Positions 37,543 to 50,500 of a stretch of 64,000 nucleotides of DNA are shown piece by piece. Every line of letters begins with the position of its first letter. The stretch's first letter is position 1. The stretch comes from Yuukianura sp. NJ FZ-2021. Taxonomy: Eukaryota. The translations under genes and the position numbers were made by a program. The notes below the pieces were generated by a model. That model was not told the origin of the DNA. It did no database searches and saw only the letters and a program-made list of their open reading frames with translations. The stretch is taken from the NCBI GenBank assembly GCA_046563655.1, contig CM102286.1:3038001-3102000 (forward strand), written 5' to 3'.

Positions 37543-40456
37543 ATGGCCGACGCTCCTGCTACAATTTCTCAGTATTTACTGATGAGCGGTTTCGCACTGT
37601 TACCGATTATAGTTAACCAGTTTGTCCTTTTGGACCAAACGAGAGAAGGAGGAAAGCGGAGAAGCTTGGATAATACTAGGACGCATCCAGAATTTGACTT
37701 CATAGTAGGTCTGCAAGTTCATAAAGAAAGTTTCAAAAAGTTCTATAAAGAAAGTTTTCAAATTGTTAAAACTTTTCAAAAATTTGGTTTCAAAGTGGGA
37801 GCTGGAACTTCTGGAAGCGTTGTGGCCAATCGGCTGGCAGAAAATTACTCTGTATTGCTACTAGAGGGTAAAGAATTCCCCCATAAGCGACAAGTGGTGT
37901 ACAAGGTTGTTTAAATCCAAATTTTGTATGTTTTTTAACAGGTTATGTCATAACTCCTGTTTTTGAAAAATTATTTGTTTTAAATTTTTTTCTGCGATTT
38001 GTAGGCCTCGCGCCACGTAAAGTAAATGGGATTGGTCCAGATTATTTTTTTTCAATTTTTTTTTAAATTCGTGTTATGGAATAACTTGTTACGGCATGTG
38101 TACAAATGGCCGCTACAGCAACCTTGGTCGTGTATGTTAAATTTCTGAACATTGACAAATTTATTAGCCAACTTTTTCTTGAAATTGGTTAGCTGGAGGT
38201 ACGCCATTTCCATTGATGGACATGCCGGGTTTAGCATCTCTTTTTCCAACAAATCATCACTACGACTGGAGTCACAAAACAGTTCCTCAAACAAAGTCCT
38301 GCAAATCTCATATAAATCGGGTGAAAAATTTGCTCACTATACTAGTAAAAGCCAAATTGATTTTTATAAATACCCTTTTGATACGAATTTCAGGAAAGTT
38401 TGTGGATTCATGGCAAGGCGCTTGGTAAAAAATGGCATTTAAATTGTTAAATACGTTAAAACCTTCGATTTTTAAGTACAAACTACAATTAACTGGCTGC
38501 GCTGCGTGTGAAGGTGGGTCAACTAATCTCAACTACATGGCTTACATACGAGGTCACCATTTGGATTATGACAACTGGGCCAACATTACGGGCGATGATC
38601 GGTGGAGTTACAAAAACTTCGTGAAATATTTCAAAAAAGTGGAAAATTATCATGTTAAAACAAAAGGAAAAGTTTTCGGTAAGAGAAATCAGAAATTCAA
38701 AAACAAATCTTGGGAGTGTTTTGCAAATTTTTTGAATCTTTAGACAAGTATTTTGGAAAACATGGAGAAGTACACGTTGACTCGATTCCATTTGGACCAA
38801 TCGCCAGATACTTCTTTGAAGCAGCATCTGAACTTGGATACAAAATTGTAGAGGATATAAATCTACCATTTGATGAAGGTATCTCATACTTTGAATTTTT
38901 ATAAATTCCTTCACCTAAAAAGTTCAAAATTTTTCAACAGCTTTTGGAAATTATTCTTTCACTGTCAAGCATGGAAGAAGATGGGGGACGTATGCTGCGT
39001 TTCTAAAAGAAAGTAATCCTAATTTGACCATTTACAAGTATTCCACCGCAACTAAAGTGAGTGAAAAATTTACATAAACTTTCCCTTAGGTTTTTTTTTC
39101 AGTTTTTTTTTCTTAACACAGGTAATACTGAACAAAGACAACGTAGCTGATGGCGTGGAATTTGAATTTGAAGGAAAACTTTTTACCGCCAAAGCTCGTA
39201 AAGAAATTATTTTAAGCGCCGGAACAGTGGCAAGTCCTAAACTGCTAATGTTATCCGGTATCGGACCAAGAAAACATTTGGAGTCTCTCGGGGTACTAAA
39301 TTTTATCACCAGTACACGAAACTTTCATATTAAAAATTTGAATTTCCCGCTAAATTTCGTGGTTCTTTTTATTCAGATTCCTGCCAAATTCGACCTACCC
39401 TCCGTAGGTCAAAATTTGCAAGACCACATAATGGCCTTCATTGGTCCGTTCATAACAAAAAGCAAATTAACGTACGTGGCCGACCGTGATACGCAACTCC
39501 AGCATGTCTTGGACTTTTTCCAAGATGGCACTGGACCATTAACTGCAACTGGAATCGAAGCTACCGGTCTGATCCGATCAAGTTTTGCAAAAGCCGGTCA
39601 AAATGGTTCCCAAATTTGGCCAGACAACCAGCTGATTTTGGCGGTATTTCCCATGCCACACGACGGTCCAAAAATAGTATCACGAATATTTCATCTCCGT
39701 CCAGAAGTTTCTGAAGAGTACTATCGATCTGCTGCTGGAAAAGATTCGTTTCACATAATGTCGGTCCTAAGCCGGCCCATGTCACGTGGTTACATTAGGC
39801 TAGCCAGTGCTGACTACAAAGTACCGCCACTCATCGACCCGAAATACTTGCACCATGACCTGGACTCCAAAGTTATTCTGGAAGGTAGAAGTCATAGTCA
39901 ACCTAAAAGTTTCTACACATTACCGTCGATCGTCCTAAAGAACGGCGGTAAAAATATGAAAAGGAGATGGCGCGCAAAACATCCCGTATGCGGTGGGAGA
40001 TTTTTGTTGCCTGCGATCTCTTTTTCAATTTTTTTATTGTCGTTCTTTGTCTTTAGGACGTCCGACGTACGACAGTAGTTAAAAAATTTATTGTTTTTAG
40101 GGGTTCAAAAAATTTTGAAAATGGAGGAAACACAAGGATTCCACAAAATTGGCGCCAAACTATCGGGAGTACCGTTTCCCAGCTGTCGGCATTTGAAATA
40201 TAGGAGCAGCGCTTACTGGAGATGTTACTTGGAAAATTTTACGGCCACAGTGTACCATCCTACCGGTACTTGCGCAATGGGAAGAGTAGGCAGTAGTACA
40301 GCAGTTGTTGATTCTAGCCTAAGAGTCATCGGTGTCAAAAACTTACGAGTGGTCGATGCCTCAATTATGCCAGAAATCGTTAGTACGAATCCACAAGCAG
40401 CGTGTATGGCCATTGGCCAAATTGGAGCAGAATTTATTAAGGAAACCTGGAAGTAA
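37543..40456 (+). CDS. GMC oxidoreductase (glucose dehydrogenase [FAD]-like), multi-exon
   Basis: FDFIVVGAGTSGSVVANRLAE (FAD-binding), GGSTNLNYMAYIRGH, EIILSAGTVASPKLLMLSGIGP, VGQNLQDH, YHPTGTCAMG, LRVVDASIMP. Confidence 0.92.
39913..40078. mobile_element. Degenerate foldback/MITE-like palindrome in the last GMC intron
   Basis: Arms cgtcgatcgtcctaaagaacggcggtaaaaatatgaaaaggagat and atctctttttcaattttttattgtcgttctttgtctttaggacgtccgacg are imperfect reverse complements. No clear TSD. Confidence 0.55.
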
Positions 40457-40525
40457 CTAATGTAAATCGGACACTAAGGTACTTTAAGGTATGAAAGAGC
40501 ATAAATGGCTATAGATAAAGAATGT

Positions 40526-43105
40526 TTAAAACGATGAAGGCAGTTCGACGTTCTTCTCTTCTCCGGAATCGCGGGAAACACAAATACTTGGATCATATCG
40601 TGGAGGATTCGCAGAAGGTTTCCTGCGTTTCGGTACTCGTTCCTTGTTGAGTCCGCGTTTCCTGCTGTTCGGGTTGTCATGCGTCGTCATATGGTACTTA
40701 AGGTGTCTTTTTTCTTTAAACGCCTTGTCACATTGGTTGCAAGGGTAAGGTCGTTCATTGTTATGAACATTGCGTATATGCTTGTTCAAAGTGGGAGTTC
40801 CTTTGAAGAATTCACCACAAAGGTTACACTGTTGCATCAATTGAACAGCATTATGCATGGTTCTGAAATGTTTCTCAAATCCATGCGACTGTCTCGCCGT
40901 ATAAGGACAAAGGTTGCATTTGAACTTTCTTTCTTCAGTATGCAGCAGCATGTGGGATCTAAGCAATCGACTTTGCTTAGTTCTGTATCCGCAGAAAGAG
41001 CACAAAAGGAATGTTGTAGGGTGATGGACATTCCGAATGTGGCCGTTCAAGTACGTTTGCTTCACTACTTTGCCACAAATATGACAAGTTGTAGTACTTT
41101 CATCTTCTTCAGCCGGATCGACGGTAAACTCTCCGGAATTGACTTTCTCTTGAAATAGGGTTGGGTGAATACTTTTGATATGATACCGGTACGACCGGAA
41201 CTGCGAAAACTCACGACGGCATATTGGGCAAGGAGGATGGTCCTTCTTGATCTTCCTGCTCTTTTCGTTGGTACGGCTCCTGATTCTAGTCGTCTTTGAT
41301 TCATTGTGTTTCACAGTTTTCTTTGATTCTTTGTGTTTCACAGTCTTCCAAGAATCCACCAAATTCTGGAAAGTTTCGGGTGTGGCTTGGTCTGGGTGGT
41401 TTTTCCCAATATGCACCAGTACATACTTTCGTACATACGGCACTTGACAAATTGGACAGTCCACCAGCATACCCGTTGGCTGAAAATGTTGAATTAACGA
41501 ATACAGTTTAACTGGCGAAGTTTTCATGAGCGTAAATTACTAACCTCTTTCGAAGATTTCCGTTTTGTGCATGAGCGAGGTCGTTTGCGGCGCCTAATTT
41601 TCGAATCCTTCAACACAGTAGATGTAGAGGCAACTTCCTGCACAGACGAATTCGGTTCATCCGAATCTTTATTTTGACTGGATTCATCTAGGTTGATCCT
41701 GGTACCGAGGTTGTAAGTTTTAATCAAATTCCGTAAAATGTCTGGAGTGCATTTATCTGGGTGGAGTCTCTGAATATGGTAAATATAATGATGACGAACA
41801 TAGTGCTTCTCGCAAAATGGACACGGAATAGATGACTTGTTCGGTACTCCTCGTAACTACAATTAAAAAATATATAGGTAATCCAGCATTCCATTACGGT
41901 ACGACAAACTTGATCCTTGATACCTTCATCTTCCTCTTTTCGAAAGTCGACAGTGTTTTCATTTTCTCAGCTGTTTCCATAGTCGTCACATCGCGAAGCA
42001 CAGGTTCGTTCGTTCCAGCGACAGGATTCTCCGAATCCTGTCTTAAGATCTGTGTTGGTCCACATGGTTTGATCATCGTCTGGAGGTTGTAAGATTCCTT
42101 CAAAGCCTGAAACGTCTCTGGAGTGGCATCAGCATGTGTTTTCATAATATGAGCAACAATAAAATGTCGTACGTAATGCTTCTTGCAAAATGGACACGGA
42201 ATCGATGAACTCGTTGCTTTTCCGCGCGACTGCAAATCATGAAGAATTCATACATAACTTTGTTTTGAACAAGTTGAGTTAGCTCGAGTAACAATTTTCG
42301 TATTTTCAAATTACGAAAAACTCAAGGGACATAGTAGTTTACCTTTCTGTTCTTTACGATTTGTAAGTCTTCAGGGTTTTCAGTCTTTTCATCAGCTGCT
42401 ATCCCGATCTCACTCGGCAGTGACAGTGGATCTTCCAAATCCCCGTCCAAGTTCGGTTCCCATATTTCCATTTCGTCCGCATTAAATAAGTCACCGTCGG
42501 CATAGTCATCTTCTTCAACTTTTGTTCTTTCCTCAGCCGTTTCGATTTCCGATCCTACAGAACCGGCTACGTCTTGAGACTTTAAACGTTCCAGTTGGAT
42601 GACACAGGGTTTCAAATCGAATTCTGCATTTTGTTCAGCAGTGGCTGTGGCTGCAAGAAACGAAAATTAAAACACTAATAAGTTACTAAAGACTTTTAGT
42701 TTGACGTAGTTATAGGCCTTAAGGTATTCTACACACTGGCTGGATCTGGTCTGACTCTGAAGACTTGTTTACGTCTGCGTGATAGCGATTTTGGTGTCGT
42801 AATTTTGATTTTCCTCTGACCACCCTCGGAAGCATCCCAAGTTCCACTTCCAAGGTTGTTTGTGCTTAAGTCGAGGTCATCTGCGGTTGTGGTGTCGGCG
42901 ACATCGGATTCATGTGCTAGGTCAAGCGATCTCGGGAATGTAGGATCTTCAGCTGCGTGTAATGTAAACAATTTACTTTAGAAATTGATTCAAATTAAAC
43001 ATAATTATTTTAGTTAAGGAACTTACGGAACTTAGTTTGAAGCCAAGCAGAAAGCAAGTTAAACTTCCTGTGAATTGTGTAAACTTGATTCTCCAGTTTT
43101 TCCAT
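40526..43105 (-). CDS. C2H2 zinc-finger protein, cluster gene A
   Basis: Exon 1 MEKLENQVYTIHRKFNLLSAWLQTKF (43105-43027), acidic linker exons, three CP[FI]C..Y.R...HI...H units, then a C2H2 array ending HDNPNSRKRGLNKER; stop 40526. Confidence 0.85.
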
Positions 43106-43448
43106 GTTTTTCATCACTACAACAAGTGACAAGGGATACAACATCGAATCCATTACCGATTCTTACACCGAAAAACAGAATTACATTTAACGTTAATTTA
43201 AAAAAACTAAATCGAAAACGAAATGAACAACACAGAAATGAAAACACATCGGATCTGATGAGCTGAACTGAACTGAATTAATAAACAAAAGAATCTTCTA
43301 CACCCGCCTTACCGAGGGTACGAATTCTCTAAACCGAGAGGTACGGAGACGTAGACGACATGCATTTCGTAGAGCAATAAAGTCATCTCGACGACCACAT
43401 ATCTGATTTAATTCTAAAAGTATAATTTATTATTACAATATAATTTGT

Positions 43449-45316
43449 TTAGTCGTTAGTCTGTGATGTCTTTGTATTGACAGTAGTTACTTCCAGTGAC
43501 AACGGATCCACGGAAACGGAAGTGGATGGCTTTAAGGATTCCCGCCTGCGCTTCGGTGGTCGTTCTTTATTCAGCCCGCGTTTCCGTCCGTTCGGATTAT
43601 CGTGCGTTTTGACGTGATATTTGAGCTGATAAGCCGCTTTAAAGGCCTTGTCACACAATGGACAAGGATATCGTCGCTCGTTGTTGTGGACATGCGAAAT
43701 ATGCTTCTTCAAATTTGTCAAGCCTTTGTATAATTCCCCACAGAGGAAACACTGTTGCATCATTTCAGCTGCATTATGCGCCCTGTAGACATGTAGCTTG
43801 AGTCCCTGGCGTTGCTTGGCTGCAAATGGACACTGGTCACATTTGTATTTTTTTTCATCTGAATGTCTCTCCATGTGACTGAGCATATTACGCTTGATCT
43901 TCGTTTCGTATCCACATTGTGAACAAAGGAGCGACTCTTTATGTCCATGCGCATTTTGAATATGACTTTCCAAGTTCATTTGCATAACTCCTCTGGTACA
44001 CAAGGGACACTTAACAACTTCAGCCTCACTTCCTAAATTCCTTTGACGAATGTCCCTGGGATTGAATTCACCAGATTCTATTTTCTCTTCATAAATTTCT
44101 GGGTGAAGATTCTTGATGTGTGATTGGTAATTTGCATATATTTGAAAGATCCTGGTGCACCCTGGGCAGGGATATTTCTTGACACCACCAATAACGACAT
44201 ATTTTGAACGAGCGGTTCCCGTTCCGGCTTTGGGAAAAGTCTCTGTCTGTTCAAGTGGTAATGTGATTTTGTTTCCCGTTTTTAGAGACTCCCTTATAGC
44301 CCGAAGTAGTTCTTTCGTTGCTTTTTCGTGGTGGAATGTTCGAATGTGTGGGTAAATACAGTGCCTTACGAAACTGTACGCACAGAATGGACAACGTACG
44401 GAAAAACGGCTTGGATTCTGCAAATCATTGGAATACAAACATTAAGGTAAATACTCCTAATCAGCAGACTTTTATTAATAATTCGATATTTCAATGAAAA
44501 TTCATTTTGACCGGGTACAATTTACCTCGTGAACGTTCTTGACGTATGATTCGGCGTCAGACTGACTTTGGCTCTGACTGTCCTCGGAATCAGCGAGACG
44601 GGGAGCAGTAGACCCAAATTCGTTCTCCGGTGTAACTGTGTCTTCAAAATCCGCTTGAAACGAATTGGAATTCATATCATGTTCGAAGTTGTCCAAACTA
44701 TTACCATCGTCACCACAGGCGATGTTATCTTGTTCACTTTCCTCGGCAGGAGAATCCCCCAAAGGATCGGCTTTGTCTTCCTTCAGTCGTAATCGTTCTA
44801 GGTTAATAGAGCATGGTGTCAACTTGAACTTCGTCTCTCGTGGAATACAGTGGGTGCCTGTAGCATGAAAATAATAAAAATGCTTAATGGACAACGACAG
44901 AGTTTATGCTAGAAAAAATTGTACCGCTGCTCTGATTTACCACGGTTAGATCTAGTAACTGCGCCTAATTCAGATACATTCCATATTTCTGCCTCAGTTT
45001 CTCGGAATTCTTGTCCAGGTATGAACGAAAATGGCATTGTAGCTTGTTCTATATTTGTAGCCTCAAATTCGTTTTTACAATAAGCCTCAGTCTCAGTCAT
45101 ATCCGATTTTGACGAGAGCGATCGAGGAAACGTAACGTCATCATCTGAAATCGATAAAGAAATTCTTATTAAAACTTATGATGAGTTGATGAGCTATTAA
45201 TGTGCGCACGTAAGTATTAACCTGAACTAACCAAATTTTATTTGCAGCCAATTACAAAGTATGTTGAATTTCCTTTGAAATCTATTGATCCGTCGTTCTA
45301 GAGCTTCCAATTCCAT
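43449..45316 (-). CDS. C2H2 zinc-finger protein, cluster gene B
   Basis: Exon 1 MELEALERRINRFQRKFNILCNWLQIKF, exon 2 DDVTFPRSL, PCSINLERL exon, C2H2 array exon ~44418-43449. Confidence 0.87.
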
Positions 45317-45711
45317 TTTCAAGTCTTCAGTGGTTTTGTAACCTTTTAAAATACCAAACGAATTTAACAGCTAATCAACCAATTCAAGTAAGTGAATCGT
45401 AGTTTGTTTTATTTACCAGTTGCAGTCAGTTGTACAAAACAATTTATAATTAATTTACAAGCGCACAATTCGGAAGAAAGAAAACAAAAAAACAGAGAAA
45501 TCCAAAGTAAAACCGAGAACTTTTCATTCGTCGCCCCGCCACTTCGCAGAGCTCGGCACTTTTCCTCCGTCTGCTTCCGTTCTTCTTCTTTTATACAATC
45601 CCGGAAAAAACGAGAGCCAAACGACGGCATGATGAAAAGCATATAATGAAGAAACTTACTTATCTTTTTAGTAATGAAGTATCTGTTTAAATTTCTTAAC
45701 ACTTAATAAGT

Positions 45712-47564
45712 TTAGCATTTATCAGCCTCCGCCATTTCCGAATTTACGTTAGCTTCAGTACTAACTCCGGAAGGCGGACTGATACTAGTAGGTATAGAAT
45801 GCTTCCGCCGCAGTGGTGGCCTTTCCCTGTTCAGGCCGCGTTTCCTTCCGTTCGGATTATCATGCGTTTTGATGTGGTATTTGAGGTGTGATGCCTGTTT
45901 AAAAGCCTTGTCGCACAGTGAACATTGGTATTTGCGTACGTTGGTGTGGACATTTGCAATGTGATTCTTCAAATTATGTGAGCCCTTGAATAATTCACCG
46001 CAAAGAGAGCACTGCATCGTAATTTTAGCTGGATCGTGCTTCCTGAGTACATGCATTCGGAGTCCCTCGTATTGTCTCGCTGCATATGGACACTGCTTGC
46101 ATTTGTATTTTCGTTCCTCCGAGTGTGTCTCCATGTGAGTGGCAAGTGTGTGCTTATTGTTCGTTTTGTGTCCGCACTGTGAGCAAAGAAATGACTCCTT
46201 ATCTCCATGCTTTTTCTGTATGTGACTTTCCAAATTCACTTGTCGAAATACTTGGGCACACACGGGGCACTTCCCATAAATGTTTCTGCCGTCATCTTTT
46301 GAATGGGTATCGTCAAGAGTGAATTCTCCAGATTCGATTTTTTCATCATAAATTTCTGGGTGACGATTTTTGATGTGTGATTGGTAGTTTGCAATTTTTT
46401 GATAAATCAAATGACATCCAGGGCAGGGATACTTCTTGACATGGGCAGCCATAATATATCTGGAACGAACGGGTTGACGTTCGAGTTTGACCTTGGCAGG
46501 AATCTGAAGGTCCGAAGAACCTTGAGCCAATTTATGCTTGAATGGTATTGTGATTTTGTGTCCGAGTTTTAAAGACTCCCTTACACTCCGAAGTATTTCT
46601 TTGGTAGCTCGTTCTTGGTGGTATGTTCGAATGTGAGCGTAAATATACCGGCGTGTATAACAGAAGTCACAGAATGGACAACGTACAGTATATGATCCTA
46701 GAGTCTGCAATCATAATAGCAATTAATATGTGCATAGGAATATGAAATCACCAAGACCCAAGACAAAGTAAATTACATGAGTTTACCTTCTTGGCCTGTC
46801 TTTGGTCGATCTGACTTTTAGTCTGAGAGTAGCAGTCAGGAACAATCGGGGCGGGAGATGCAGATCCGTTTTCCCGTGTCTCGTGTTCCGTCCAATCGTC
46901 TGGATTCGAATTGGTGTCATAGTCCAAATCGTCCAAACGACCATCGTCATCGTCAGCATTGGCGATCTCATCTTGTGCACCCCGTCCAGTTACCTCAGCA
47001 GGAAGGTCAACTGATTCTGAAGGATCGACTCCTCTGCACTCCTTCAACCGCAATCGTTCCAAGTTGATGAAACATGGTGCCAGCTTGAATTTTGTTTGTT
47101 CTGTGATGCGACGGCTGCCTGGAATTCAGTAATTCATGAACTAATTAATACCTACTTTTCATTAGTTTTGGGAAATACTTTAGTCGTTACCTAACTCCGT
47201 AGCTTTACTTGGCCCCAACACAAATTCGTCTGGTCTCACAGCATCCTTCGTATCATGTTCATGATACGCTTCCTCATTCTCAGTCTTGAACGTAATTGGC
47301 ATACTTGTCTCCTCAAATTTGTGTTTAAAATCATCTGCATCAACAGCCAGTGATCGAGGAAACGTAACATCCTCGGCTATACATTTACATTGCCGAAATT
47401 GTTTTAGTATTAAACGTGGTTAACGTATCGATATTATACGTTAAAAGAGAAACATTTAGGAAATGGAAAACGGATTTACGGAATTTGATTTGCAGCCAGT
47501 TACAAAGCAAATTGAATTTGCGTTGAAGTTTGCTGATCCGTCGTTCCAGTACTTCCGGTTCCAT
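45712..47564 (-). CDS. C2H2 zinc-finger protein, cluster gene C
   Basis: Exon 1 MEPEVLERRISKLQRKFNLLCNWLQIKF, exon 2 EDVTFPRSL, PCFINLERL exon, C2H2 array exon ~46704-45712. Confidence 0.87.
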
Positions 47565-50500
47565 TCTACTGTCAGTAGTTTAGTGAACCCTGTAAAAAAA
47601 AATGAAGGACCAGTTAGTTGAAGCTATCACCACAATTTTTAAAAGGGTATTTCTACCAATTACAATTCAAAATTAAAGACTAAACTGAATGTCCAATTCC
47701 CGAGTCCCAACTTCCCTTAACCCAGTTTGGGAATGCCAGAGGAAGTCTTCTTATCGATTTTCAAAATCCGCGCGCTTAGTATACGTTTGGTTTTCTGTTT
47801 TTATCTTTGACACTGGATTTAACATTTTATTAAAGTATTATTGTAAATAATTTTCTTCCCGCCATACGTTGTAATGAAAAAGTAGCCGATGAAAATTCTT
47901 CCAAACTCGGTCTCCTCCACAATAGTAATAGTCCGTACCATTTCTATTGTTTAAAGAAATATTTCAAAAATACGGCTGCTGCGTTACATACTAATCAGCG
48001 GTAGGATGGATGGTAGAATTTTAATATGAATTGAATGATTTTGTTCATTAATTTATTTATACACATTCAAAATGAGTTACCTACTCAAAACGGTTCTTGA
48101 TTTATATAAATTCTCATTTATATAAATACCATTGATCATCGTCAAAAAATCGGGCGACAAAACTTTTCTAAATAGTTTTTCTTGGATGACTCCCTCCCAA
48201 AGATAATCGCAATAAAAACCGAATTGAGATCGTGATCCTTGATCGTGACATTCCAACCGAAGAGTGCAGTTTGGTGGAGGCGTCGTCGATTAGTCAGATT
48301 TAATAAAGACGACATGCATTTCATACGAGCAATTAGTAATCAATCATTTTAATTAACACATATCTGATTTTATTATAAAACTACAGATTTAATCTATTTT
48401 GTTTATAGTCGTTAATCTCTGATGTGTCTGTATTGACATTGACATTAGTTACTTCCGGTAACAGCGGATCGGCCGAGACGGGAGTGGATGGCTTTGAGGA
48501 TTCCCGCCTGCGCTTCGGTGGCCGTTCTTTATTCAGCCCGCGTTTCCTTCCGTTCGGATTATCGTGTGTTTTGACGTGATATTTGAGCTGAGCAGCCGAT
48601 TTAAAGGCCTTGTCACACAATGGACAAGGATATCGCCGCTCGTTGTTGTGGACATGCGAAATATGTCTCTTCAAACTATGTAAGCCCTGGAATAATTCAC
48701 CGCAAAGAGAGCACTGCATCGTTATTTTAGCTGGATCGTGCTTCCTGAGTACATGCATTCGGAGTCCCTCGTACTGTTTCGCTGCATAGGGACACTGCTT
48801 GCATTTGTATTTTCGTTCCTCCGAGTGTGTCTCCATGTGAGCGAGCAGTGCCTGCTTATTGTTCGTTTTGTGTCCGCAGTGTGAGCAAAGAAATGACTGT
48901 TTTTCTCCATGCTTTCTCTGTATGTGACTTTCCAAGTTGATTTGTTTAAATACTTTGGCACACACGGGGCACGTGACATCGATGTTTCTGCTTTCATCTT
49001 TTGGATGAGTATCGGGAAGAGGGAATTCCCCTGATTTGATTTTTTCTTCATAAATTTCTGGGTGACGATTCTTTATGTGTGATTGGTAGTTTGCAAATTT
49101 TTGATAGATCAAATGACACCCAGGGCAGGGATACTTCTTGACATGGGCAACCATAATATATCTGGAACGAACGGGTTGACGTTCGAGTTTGACCTTGGAA
49201 GGAATCTGAAGATCCGAAGAATCTTGAGCCAGTTTATGCTTGAATGGTATTGTGATGTTGTGTCCGACTTTTAAAGACTCCCTTACACTCCGAAGTATTT
49301 CTTTGGTAGCTTTCTCTTGGTGGTGTGTTCGAATGTGAGCGTAAATATACCGGCGTGTATAACAGAAGTCACAGAATGGACAACGTACAGTATATGATCC
49401 TCGAGTCTACAATCACAACAGCAATTGATATGTGGATAGGAAATTGAAATCATCAAGACAAAGTAAATTGCATGAGTTTACCTTCTTAGCCTGTCTTTGG
49501 TCGATCTGACTTTTAGTCTGAGAGTAGCAGTCAGGAACAATCGGGGCGGGAGATGCAGATCCGTTTTCCCGGGTCTCCTGTTCCGTCCAATCGCCTGGAT
49601 TCGAATTGGTGTCATAGTCCAAATCTTCCAAACGACCATCGTCAGCATTGGCGTTGGCGATCTCATCTTGTTCACCCCGTCCACTTACCTCAGCAGGAAG
49701 GTCAACTGATTCTGAAGAATCGATTCCTCTGCACTCCTTCAACCGCAATCGTTCCAAGTTGATGAAACATGGTGCCAGCTTGAATTTTGTTTGTTCTGTG
49801 ATGCGATGGCTGCCTGGAATTTAGTAATTCATGGACTAATTAATACCTACTTTTTATTAATTTTAGGATAGGAAATACTTTAGTCGTTCGTAATTTACCT
49901 AACTCCGCAGCTTTACATGGCCCCAACACAAACTCGTCTTGTCTCACTGCATCCTGCGTATCATGTTCATGATACGCTTCCTCATCCTCAGTCTTGAACG
50001 TAATTGGCATACTTGTATCCTCAAATTTGTGTTTAAAATCATCTGCATCAACAGCCAGTGATCGAGGAAACGTAACATCCTCGGCTACACATTTACATTG
50101 CCGAAATTGTTTTAGTATTACTATTAAATGTGATTAACGTATAGATGTATATGTAAAAGAGAAAAAAGGGAAATGTTTAGGAAATGGAAAACGGATTTAC
50201 GGAATTTGATTTGCAGCCAGTTACAAAGCAAATTGAATTTGCGTTGAAGTTTGCTGATCCGTCGTTCCAGTACTTCCGGTTCCATTCTACGGTCAGCAGT
50301 TTAGTGAACCCTGTAAAAATGAAGGACCAGTTGAAGCTACTAATAACACCATAATTTATAAAAGAGTGTTATTTCTTCCAATTAAAATTCAAAATTAAAG
50401 ACTGACTAAACTGAATGTCCAAATCCCGAGTCCTAACTTGCCTAGCCCTTAACCCAGTTAGGGAATTCCGGAGAAAGTCTTCTTATCGATTTTCGAAATC

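Noticed and set aside
39884..40078. C-terminal extension of GMC ORF 39155-40078 (GRSHSQPK...)
   Set aside because: Read-through into an intron containing a foldback element; the true frame resumes at ~40101.
47480..47520. CFVTGCKSNS in an alternative frame, resembling a THAP domain start
   Set aside because: That frame stops in the next exon, and the other frame (RKFNLLCNWLQ..TFPRSL) is the one conserved across all four paralogs.
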